DNA of 45,662 nucleotides from Gammaproteobacteria bacterium (GTDB lineage Bacteria; Pseudomonadota; Gammaproteobacteria; UBA6002): NCBI GenBank assembly GCA_020050845.1, contig JAGVJZ010000030.1, positions 1 to 45,662 of the forward strand, read 5' to 3'. Shown piece by piece: positions 38,000 to 45,662 of this stretch (position 1 is its first letter; each line of letters starts with the position of its first letter). The notes under the pieces were generated by a model. It saw only the letters and a program-made list of their open reading frames with translations, ran no database searches and was not told where the DNA came from. The position numbers and the translations under genes were made by a program.

Positions 38000-39355
38000 C
38001 TACCAAACCTCCAACGCTTTACGCAGATGATCAACGGGAATAATTTGCAAATTTGGAATCGGATTTTTAGGGGCATTCGCAGCAGGAACGATAGCTGTTT
38101 TGAAACCATGTTTAGCTGCTTCACGCAGTCTTTCTTGACCACTTTGAACTGGCCTAATTTCACCAGCCAAACCAACCTCACCAAAAACAATTAATTCATT
38201 CGGTAACGGACGATTTTTCAAGCTTGAAAGTATGGCTAACAGTAAAGCAAGATCAACCGCAGTTTCAGTCACTTTAACGCCACCAACGACATTCACAAAA
38301 ACGTCATGTGTGTAGGTCGCAACATCACCATGTCGATGCAATACTGCCAATAACATTGCTAGGCGATTGTGTTCTAATCCTACCGTCACGCGTCTTGGGT
38401 TTCCTAAATGGCTTTCATCCACTAAAGCTTGCACTTCGACTAAAAGTGGTCGTGTTCCTTCCCAAGTTACCATCACTGAACTGCCAGAAACTTCTTGTTG
38501 ATAATGCGATAAAAAAATAGCGGAAGGATTGTTGACCTGACGCAAACCTTTATCGGTCATGGCAAAAACACCAAGTTCATTTACTGCACCAAAACGATTT
38601 TTAACAGCGCGAATAATACGATATCTATTATCGGTTTCACCTTCGAAATATAATACGGTATCCACCATGTGTTCTAGGACGCGTGGCCCCGCCAAAGTAC
38701 CTTCTTTGGTTACATGACCCACCAAAAACAAAATAGTGCCAGTTTGTTTAGCATAACGAACTAATTGCGCGGCACTTTCCCGCACTTGTGAGACACCACC
38801 GGGAGCAGATTGCAAAGTTTCGGTATAAATTGTTTGAATCGAATCGATCACTACGACTTGGGGTTTGTGTTGATTTGCGGTATGAATAATACTTTCAACT
38901 TGTGTTTCAGCCAGTAATCGTAAACTGGTTTGGGGTAAGTTAAGTCGTCTGGCACGCAAGGTAACCTGCTGTAAAGATTCTTCGCCAGTGACATATAAAC
39001 AGGAATGATTTTGACTTAATTGACACAGAGTCTGTAAGAGCAAAGTAGATTTACCGATGCCAGGATCTCCGCCGATCAAAATGACCGATCCCGAAACTAA
39101 ACCGCCCCCTAAAACTAAATCAAACTCTGCAAGTTGAGTACTAATGCGCGCCAAATCAGTTAACTCTACGTCTGACAGCAACGTCGCCTGCGCACTCGTG
39201 CCGGTGGCATAGCCTTGAAAACGTTGATTACGTGACGTTGAGATCACATCTTCAACATAGGAATTCCAACTGCCACAATCACCACATTGGCCAGCCCATT
39301 TTGGTGCTTGCACACCGCAACTTTGACAAGTGTAAATCGTTTTAACTTTACTCAT
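38000..39355 (-). CDS. radA: DNA repair protein RadA/Sms
   Basis: C4 zinc finger; GGDPGIGKSTLLLQ; KNRFG motif; GEVGLAGEIR. Confidence 0.98.
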   Translation of the reverse strand: MSKVKTIYTCQSCGVQAPKWAGQCGDCGSWNSYVEDVISTSRNQRFQGYATGTSAQATLLSDVELTDLARISTQLAEFDLVLGGGLVSGSVILIGGDPGIGKSTLLLQTLCQLSQNHSCLYVTGEESLQQVTLRARRLNLPQTSLRLLAETQVESIIHTANQHKPQVVVIDSIQTIYTETLQSAPGGVSQVRESAAQLVRYAKQTGTILFLVGHVTKEGTLAGPRVLEHMVDTVLYFEGETDNRYRIIRAVKNRFGAVNELGVFAMTDKGLRQVNNPSAIFLSHYQQEVSGSSVMVTWEGTRPLLVEVQALVDESHLGNPRRVTVGLEHNRLAMLLAVLHRHGDVATYTHDVFVNVVGGVKVTETAVDLALLLAILSSLKNRPLPNELIVFGEVGLAGEIRPVQSGQERLREAAKHGFKTAIVPAANAPKNPIPNLQIIPVDHLRKALEVW

Positions 39356-40356
39356 TTTTGTTGCAACCAGCGAACAACGTCTTTGGTGAAATAGGTAATT
39401 ATAAAATCAGCACCGGCTCGTTTGATACTCGTTAAAATCTCGAGGGTGACTTTTTGTTCGTCCAACCAGCCGTTCTGCGCAGCTGCTTTAATCATGGCAA
39501 ATTCACCACTGACATGATAAGCACCTAAGGGGACACCAGGAAATTTTTCTTTAATCTGATAAATAACATCTAGGTAGATAGAAGCTGGTTTTACCATCAA
39601 CATATCCGCTCCTTCTTGCAGATCTAGTAGCGCTTCGCGCAGTGCTTCTTGACCATTAGCAGGATCCATCTGATAACTACGACGATCGCCGAACTGAGGA
39701 GCACCTTCCGCTGCTTCTCGAAACGGACCATAGAGCGATGAACAATATTTAATGGCATAACTTAAAATCGGAGTTGTAATAAAACCAGCTTGATCCAAGC
39801 CTTTTCGAATGGCTTGTACCATGCCATCCATCATGCCACTTGGTGCCACAATATCTGCGCCCGCTCTGACATGACTTACTGCTTGTTCAGCTAAAATTTT
39901 TAAGGTCGCATCGTTATCAATTTCATAGCCATGATGATGCTCCGCGATTACGCCACAATGACCGTGATCGGTATACTCACACAGACAAATATCGGAGATG
40001 ATCAAAAGATCAGGCGCAGCTTGTTTAATTTTGCGTATGGCAGTTGCAATGATACCAGAATCAAGACTCCCAGAACTTCCCGTAGCATCTTTAGTTTCTG
40101 GTATACCAAACAGAATGACACCGCGCACACCTAGCGCTGATAATTCTTTAACTTCTTCCACAAGATGATCGACAGTGAGTTGAAACTGACCTGGCATCGA
40201 AGCAATCGGTTTTTTCTCTCCTTTTCCTTCACGAATAAAAAGCGGTTGCACCAAATCATTTACAGATAAGTGTGTTTCTCTTACTAAGTCTTGAAGTTTA
40301 GGATTTGTTCTTAAGCGCCGCATTCGTGTCTGAGGGAAATTGCCGCTAAAGGTCAT
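39352..40356 (-). CDS. hemB: Porphobilinogen synthase
   Basis: RMRRLR; DICLCEYTDHGHCG; SYQMDPAN; GADMLMVKP; start re-called at ATG 40356 because the longer ORF runs into the MITE. Confidence 0.97.
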   Translation of the reverse strand: MTFSGNFPQTRMRRLRTNPKLQDLVRETHLSVNDLVQPLFIREGKGEKKPIASMPGQFQLTVDHLVEEVKELSALGVRGVILFGIPETKDATGSSGSLDSGIIATAIRKIKQAAPDLLIISDICLCEYTDHGHCGVIAEHHHGYEIDNDATLKILAEQAVSHVRAGADIVAPSGMMDGMVQAIRKGLDQAGFITTPILSYAIKYCSSLYGPFREAAEGAPQFGDRRSYQMDPANGQEALREALLDLQEGADMLMVKPASIYLDVIYQIKEKFPGVPLGAYHVSGEFAMIKAAAQNGWLDEQKVTLEILTSIKRAGADFIITYFTKDVVRWLQQK

Positions 40357-40375
40357 AGGAAATCTCCGTTGGTTA

Positions 40376-40556
40376 TATACCCATTCCACCTCAAGAGGTG
40401 AGGTTTTAACAGCCATCTTGCGGCGAATTTGAAACGATCTTCAATCGCAAAAACTCGAAATAGAACAACTATTCCTGCGCTTTTGCTCAATCAGATAGTT
40501 TCAACTTCTTGCAAGCTGGCTGTTAAAACCTCACCTCTTGAGGTGGAATGGGTATA
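40376..40556. mobile_element. 181-bp MITE / ERIC-like long palindrome
   Basis: Terminal IRs of 46 bp with 1 mismatch (TATACCCATTCCACCTCAAGAGGTGAGGTTTTAACAGCCA...); TATACCC/GGGTATA ends; interior also self-complementary; no ORF of note. Confidence 0.8.
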
Positions 40557-40635
40557 GCATTAAGTTTAAAATTGGCTCGTTATAAATCAGAAGTTACTGC
40601 ATAATAACATCTTTGCTGGTTTCAGGGAGATTAGA

Positions 40636-41103
40636 ATGAATTTTACTACCTTACTTGACATCTATTCCGAATCTCATCGTCATCAACTTAATAAACTATT
40701 ACATCTTGTCGGCGTGCCGTTGGTCCTATTTGCGACGATCCAATTTTTTAGTTGGATTCATATCAGCATGCCTGGATTGTTTGACATTCATAGTTCTTGG
40801 TTGGTTTATGCTGCATTGGTTTTTTATTATTTTCGGTTAGACGCACAGATTGCATTGTTATTTGCTGCGATGCTCTTACCATTCGTATTTTTGGCAAATT
40901 TACTATCCGCTTATTGGATTTCATTCTTTATTTTCAGCATTTTATTTGCAGCTGGCTGGATTTTGCAGATTTTGGGTTACATTATCGAGGGACAACAACC
41001 TTCTTTTGTTTCCAGACCAACCAGTGTATTTGCATTGCCACTTATGGTTCTTGGCGAGGTAATGTGTGAGCGTGGTTATCGACCAGATCTTCGACAGGAA
41101 TAA
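40636..41103 (+). CDS. Mpo1-like (DUF962) membrane protein
   Basis: Y.E.H....N..LH.VGVP N-terminus; GW..Q..G...EG..P C-terminal motif. Confidence 0.8.
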   Translation: MNFTTLLDIYSESHRHQLNKLLHLVGVPLVLFATIQFFSWIHISMPGLFDIHSSWLVYAALVFYYFRLDAQIALLFAAMLLPFVFLANLLSAYWISFFIFSILFAAGWILQILGYIIEGQQPSFVSRPTSVFALPLMVLGEVMCERGYRPDLRQE

Positions 41104-41218
41104 CTAAGAACCAGGCATATGCTATTGATTGGGCTTTAAAATTAGACTACTATCTGCCAATGGCGTGTTCTCCTATTAGTTCGCGCCAAATTTTTCCTTA
41201 TTTTGACCAGGAGCTTTT

Positions 41219-41488
41219 ATGTCTCAAACAACTATCTTTGTAAGCAACCTTGCTTACGGCCTTGAAACTCAAGACCTTATCTCAGCCTTCTCGACCTATG
41301 GCGAAATATCCGATGCAAAAATCATCAAAGACCGGGAATCTGGGCGTTCTAAGGGTTTTGGTTTTGTGACTTTTATCACACCAGATCAGGCTAAAGAAGC
41401 TCTTGATATGAATGGTAAAGAACTGCAGGGTAGAACAGTTCGTGTCAACTTCGCACGCAAACAAACCACGCGTGAAGAAGAAAACTAA
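41219..41488 (+). CDS. Single-RRM RNA-binding protein
   Basis: RNP2 IFVSNL; RNP1 KGFGFVTF; AGGAG RBS. Confidence 0.93.
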   Translation: MSQTTIFVSNLAYGLETQDLISAFSTYGEISDAKIIKDRESGRSKGFGFVTFITPDQAKEALDMNGKELQGRTVRVNFARKQTTREEEN

Positions 41489-41511
41489 TACTCGAAATCT
41501 TTAAAAGATTC

Positions 41512-41554
41512 AAAAAAAAACCTCTCCTCGCGCAAGCGTGGAGAGGTTTTTTTT
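41512..41554. terminator. Bidirectional intrinsic terminator
   Basis: A9-CCTCTCCTCGC-GCAA-GCGTGGAGAGG-T8 between the convergent RRM gene and purL. Confidence 0.85.
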
Positions 41555-41579
41555 ATTCTAAAAAATGCCCCTTCTTCGT

Positions 41580-41614
41580 TACCCGTGCCCGAAAAAAGAA
41601 TTCGGGCACGGGTA
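41580..41614. repeat. GC-rich hairpin repeat downstream of purL
   Basis: TACCCGTGCCCGAA/TTCGGGCACGGGTA perfect 14-bp IR. Confidence 0.7.
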
Positions 41615-41633
41615 CGAACGTAGAAGAGTGCAA

Positions 41634-44600
41634 TTACTCCAGCCATTTCCTAGCATTCGCGAACATCTTAATCCAAGGAGAATATTCAGGATGCCAATCT
41701 GCCGGATACCAAGAAAATTGCACTGTGCGAAATCCTCGTTCGGGATGAGGCATCATCAACGTGACTCGACCATCTTGATTCGTTAAGGCCGTAATACCTT
41801 GAACACTGCCATTAGGATTCGCTGGATACTGATCGGTGATATCACCATAGTTGTTTACATATTGCAGTGGCACCAAATTATCCTCGAGCAATAAGTTTTG
41901 GTCCTCATGATTTTTGAAGCAAGCTTGACCCTCTCCGTGAGAAACGATGATTGGAATAACAGAATCTTCCATCTCCTGAAAGAAAATAGAGGGCGACTGC
42001 CGCACCTTCACTAAGCTTAATCTTGCCTCAAATTGCTCCGATTGATTACGCGCAAAAGTGGGCCAGTGGTCTGAGCCTGGAATTAAAGATTGCAACTGCG
42101 ACAACATTTGACAACCGTTGCAAACACCTAACACAAATTTGTCATTCATATTAAAAAATTTCAAAAATTGGTCCCGGGCTTCTGGATTAAATAAAATTGA
42201 ATTCGCCCATCCCCTTCCTGCTCCTAGGACATCTCCATAAGAGAAACCACCACATGCAACCAGTCCCTGAAATTCTTCGAGATTGATTTTCTGATTTAAA
42301 ATATCACTCATGTGAACATCAACAGGTAAAAATCCAACGCGCTCAAATGCAGCTGCCATTTCATAATGGCCATTAACACCCTGCTCTCTTAAGATGGCAA
42401 TTTTAGGTTGTGCAGTTAACACTGCTGGAAAGGCGACTGGAGTTTCAAAACTAAGTTGAGCATTTAAACCCGGATTATTTGTGTCTAAAAGTGCATCGTA
42501 TTCTTGTTGAGCACAAAGTGGATTATCACGTAAGGATTGCAAATGGTAACTCGTTTGTGACCACAAGCGGTGTAAAAAAATTCGAGGTTCATCAAGTAAG
42601 ATATTTCCATCCCAATTGATTTCAATTTTGTCGTTGTCATTGAGCTCACCAATTATATACGAACAATCTTCAAGACCGTTGTCTTTCAATACCTTTAGTA
42701 ATTCACTTTCATTTGTAATTGGATATTGCAGCACAGCACCTAATTCTTCATTAAAAAGCGCTGAGATATAGTCCTCACCAAGCGGTTTCATTTCTAATGA
42801 AACACCCAGATGAGCAGCAAAACTCATTTCACAAATTGTTGCAAACAATCCTCCGTCTGAACGATCGTGATAGGCAAGCACTAGTTGTTCATTACGCAAT
42901 TGTTGCATAACCCTAAAAAAACTTTTGAGTAACGTCGAATCATCTAGATCAGGTGGCACGTCCCCTAACTGTTGCGTAACCTGGCCAACAGCCGAACCAC
43001 CCATTCTGTTCTTACCTCGACCCAAGTCGAGAAGCAACAAACGAGAGGGGCTGTTTTTCAATTCAGGCGTTAATGTTTTTCTGATGTCAGATACCGGTGC
43101 AAAAGCAGAAATGATTAATGACAAAGGAGCACAAACTTGGTAATTGAAATCCTCTGCCTGCCATTTCATCTGCATTGATAACGAATCTTTGCCTACTGGA
43201 ATGCAGATACCCAGTTCTGGACAAAGTTCCATGGCAACAGCCTGAACAGCTTCATATAAATTTGCATCTTCACCAGGATAGTTGATTGCCGACATCCAAT
43301 TGGCTGATAGCTTTATATCTGATAGGGAAGCCACATCCGCTGCAACGATATTTGTGATGGCTTCACCTACCGCCATACGCGCTGAAGCAGCCGCATCTAA
43401 TAATGCCAATGGTGTTCGCTCGCCAAGCGCCATCGCTTCGCCGGTTTCACTGGTAAAACTAGTGGCGGTAACAGCCACATCGGAAACCGGCACCTGCCAA
43501 GGTCCAATCATTTGGTCACGCGCTACCAATCCGGTCACGCTGCGATCGCCGATGGTAATCAAGAAACTTTTATCAGCGACGCTCGGCAACTGTAGAACAC
43601 GCTTCGCCAATTCGTTCAAAGGCAAGATGCCATGATATCGCGCTTTATCAATAGGCGGTGCAATGATATCTGATTGTTTGTAAGGAAAAGGGACTTCGTC
43701 ATTTTTGATATTCCGTTGCATCTTAGCTGCAGCACCAAAAAGTAGGTGGCTCGGAACTTGGACAGGGAATTCATTAAATTGTTCATCAAACACTTCGAGC
43801 ACTTGGCTGTCGTTGACCTCTCCCACCACCGCAAAAGGACAACGTTCTCGCTGAGCGATTTTTTCAAAGGTAGCAAGATCACCTGGATTTATAGCTAGCA
43901 CATAACGTTCTTGAGCCTCATTACACCAAATTGCCATCGCAGATAAACTTGAATCTGCTGCATGAATAGCACGCAGATTAAATACAGCACCTCGTTTTGA
44001 ATCATGTACTAATTCGGGTAGCGCATTGGATAAGCCACCAGCGCCAACATCATGAATAGAAATAATCGGGTTCTGGGTACCCATCGACCAACAAGTATTA
44101 ATAACTTCTTGAGCGCGTCGTTGAATTTCTGGATTACTCCGTTGCACAGACGCAAAATCAAGCTCTTCATGACTCGCGCCGGACGAAAGCGAAGAAGCAG
44201 CGCCACCCCCTAGCCCAATCAGCATGGCTGGGCCTCCTAAGACAATCAACTGTGCTCCTACCGGTAACAGTTTTTTCGCTACTGACTCTGATCGGATTTG
44301 TCCAAGCCCACCTGCCAGCATAATTGGCTTATGGTAACCTCGAACAAAAATCTGATTGCCATCATAGTGGCTGATTACTTCGAACGTTCGAAAGTAGCCC
44401 AAAAGATTAGGGCGTCCAAATTCATTATTAAATGAAGCCGCACCAATCGGAGCCTGAAGCATAATATCAAGTGCAGTCGCGATGTGGTCGGGATAACCAA
44501 TGGACTTTTCCCAAGGTTGTGGCAATAGCGGTATTTGAAGATTTGAAACGGTAAAGCCAACTAGACCCGCTTTAGGCTTAGCGCCTGTTCCAGTAGCACC

Positions 44601-45545
44601 CTCATCTCGAATCTCACCACCTGCACCTGTTGCAGCTCCTTCAAAGGGAGCAATAGCGGTCGGATGATTATGGGTCTCAACCTTGATGACGATATGAAGT
44701 GGTTCTACTTGATACTGATAATGATGAGTCGTCGGCTCGATAAAAAAATGTTCAGCCCTATGACCAGCTAGCACTGCAGCATTATCTTCATACGCCGATA
44801 AAACATCATGCGACATCAATTCATGAGTATTACGGATCATGCCAAACAAACTACGCTTTTGCGGCTCACCATCGATCGACCACTGAGCATTAAAAATTTT
44901 ATGTCGACAATGTTCTGAATTAATCTGAGCAAACATCATTAATTCACTGATTGTAGGATTACGCCCAAGAAGTTGGTATTGCTCGATAAGATAAGAAACA
45001 TCGTTTGTAGACAACGCCAACCCATGTTCGATATTTGCAGCTTCTAATGCTTTTTGCCCTTTGGTTAAAACATCAATGGTTAATGATCGAGTCGATGTGT
45101 TATGGCTAAATAATCCAGTCAATTGAGCTAAGTCATAACTCACGGTTTGAGTCATACGGTCATGAAGAAAAGGCAGAATTGTCGTGAATTCAGGAGACTC
45201 CGGTTCCTCTAATTGAAAAAGAACCCCCCGCTCCACGCCAGCAATATTACCTAAGCCACACACATGCAGAATATCCAACGCCTTTGAAGCCCAAGGTGAA
45301 ATCGTTCCAAAGCGAGGAGTGACCCAAATACAATTTTTAAAAGCCTCTGGCTGCAATAACTTAGCTTGGGGATCAACTACCTCGATAAATTTTGTCTGAT
45401 CTTCGAGGGAGGAATTTTCTGCATTGAGAAAATAGACATAATTAGCAGAAAAAGAACGAAGCAAAGGTCGTTTTTTTTGTAAATTCGACAATAATTTTTT
45501 TTTTCTAAAAGAGGAATAGGCATTTTTGCCAAGATATATTTGCAT
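41634..45545 (-). CDS. purL: Phosphoribosylformylglycinamidine synthase (large-type PurL)
   Basis: NSEHCRHKIFN; KVETHNHPT; GVCNGCQ; MMPHPER; start re-called at ATG 45545. Confidence 0.98.
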   Translation of the reverse strand: MQIYLGKNAYSSFRKKKLLSNLQKKRPLLRSFSANYVYFLNAENSSLEDQTKFIEVVDPQAKLLQPEAFKNCIWVTPRFGTISPWASKALDILHVCGLGNIAGVERGVLFQLEEPESPEFTTILPFLHDRMTQTVSYDLAQLTGLFSHNTSTRSLTIDVLTKGQKALEAANIEHGLALSTNDVSYLIEQYQLLGRNPTISELMMFAQINSEHCRHKIFNAQWSIDGEPQKRSLFGMIRNTHELMSHDVLSAYEDNAAVLAGHRAEHFFIEPTTHHYQYQVEPLHIVIKVETHNHPTAIAPFEGAATGAGGEIRDEGATGTGAKPKAGLVGFTVSNLQIPLLPQPWEKSIGYPDHIATALDIMLQAPIGAASFNNEFGRPNLLGYFRTFEVISHYDGNQIFVRGYHKPIMLAGGLGQIRSESVAKKLLPVGAQLIVLGGPAMLIGLGGGAASSLSSGASHEELDFASVQRSNPEIQRRAQEVINTCWSMGTQNPIISIHDVGAGGLSNALPELVHDSKRGAVFNLRAIHAADSSLSAMAIWCNEAQERYVLAINPGDLATFEKIAQRERCPFAVVGEVNDSQVLEVFDEQFNEFPVQVPSHLLFGAAAKMQRNIKNDEVPFPYKQSDIIAPPIDKARYHGILPLNELAKRVLQLPSVADKSFLITIGDRSVTGLVARDQMIGPWQVPVSDVAVTATSFTSETGEAMALGERTPLALLDAAASARMAVGEAITNIVAADVASLSDIKLSANWMSAINYPGEDANLYEAVQAVAMELCPELGICIPVGKDSLSMQMKWQAEDFNYQVCAPLSLIISAFAPVSDIRKTLTPELKNSPSRLLLLDLGRGKNRMGGSAVGQVTQQLGDVPPDLDDSTLLKSFFRVMQQLRNEQLVLAYHDRSDGGLFATICEMSFAAHLGVSLEMKPLGEDYISALFNEELGAVLQYPITNESELLKVLKDNGLEDCSYIIGELNDNDKIEINWDGNILLDEPRIFLHRLWSQTSYHLQSLRDNPLCAQQEYDALLDTNNPGLNAQLSFETPVAFPAVLTAQPKIAILREQGVNGHYEMAAAFERVGFLPVDVHMSDILNQKINLEEFQGLVACGGFSYGDVLGAGRGWANSILFNPEARDQFLKFFNMNDKFVLGVCNGCQMLSQLQSLIPGSDHWPTFARNQSEQFEARLSLVKVRQSPSIFFQEMEDSVIPIIVSHGEGQACFKNHEDQNLLLEDNLVPLQYVNNYGDITDQYPANPNGSVQGITALTNQDGRVTLMMPHPERGFRTVQFSWYPADWHPEYSPWIKMFANARKWLE

Positions 45546-45611
45546 CGGTAACTTCTCTTGAATAAGGCATGGCGTATGATACTGGACTCGTGATGAATGG
45601 TCTATATGATC

Positions 45612-45662
45612 CGGGAGTGGGAAAGAAAGAGGTGCTCCCATTTTCTTTCGTTCCCGCTCCCG
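45612..45662. repeat. GC-rich hairpin upstream of purL, related to 41580-41614 (may extend beyond window)
   Basis: CGGGAGTGGGAAAGAAAGA / TCTTTCGTTCCCGCTCCCG (17/19 complementary). Confidence 0.6.

Noticed and set aside
37882-38190. 102-aa ORF
   Set aside because: Alternate frame of the radA 3' end plus repeat sequence.
40357-40416. N-terminal extension of hemB
   Set aside because: Derived from the MITE terminal repeat.
41565-41786. 73-aa ORF
   Set aside because: Begins in a hairpin repeat and is antisense to purL.
45546-45641. N-terminal extension of purL
   Set aside because: ATG lies in the loop of a hairpin repeat; PurL-like sequence begins at MQIYLG.
1-45662. CRISPR array, tRNA, rRNA, autonomous IS
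   Set aside because: No regularly spaced direct repeats, cloverleaf, rRNA-like sequence or transposase ORF recognised by eye.

Overview
Chromosomal segment of a Gammaproteobacterium, most likely Legionellales/Coxiellaceae-like. This is inferred from the backbone order sucDCBA-sdhBADC/gltA ... thiL-nusB-nrdR-glyA ... radA-hemB ... purL and from the load of eukaryote-like proteins. Accessory DNA sits between the housekeeping blocks. (i) At least eight paralogous GALA-type leucine-rich-repeat proteins lie at three loci; the seven complete ones end in a shared ~110-aa C-terminal module containing an F-box-like motif, the reverse of the FBXL/GALA domain order. One copy (1..729) is missing from the ORF track. 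(ii) A LysR-divergent isonitrile biosynthesis cluster (PvcA/IsnA-type synthase, PvcB/IsnB-type Fe/2OG dioxygenase, cytochrome P450 with an atypical I-helix, GNAT) lies next to a HicAB module. (iii) A J-domain orphan and a membrane orphan are candidate effectors. (iv) A DnaA-box trio with an IHF-like site resembles a DARS element. (v) Several families of palindromic intergenic repeats are present, including nested composites and a 181-bp MITE. No rRNA, tRNA, CRISPR array or transposase was seen. All family assignments come from motif recognition, not database searches.
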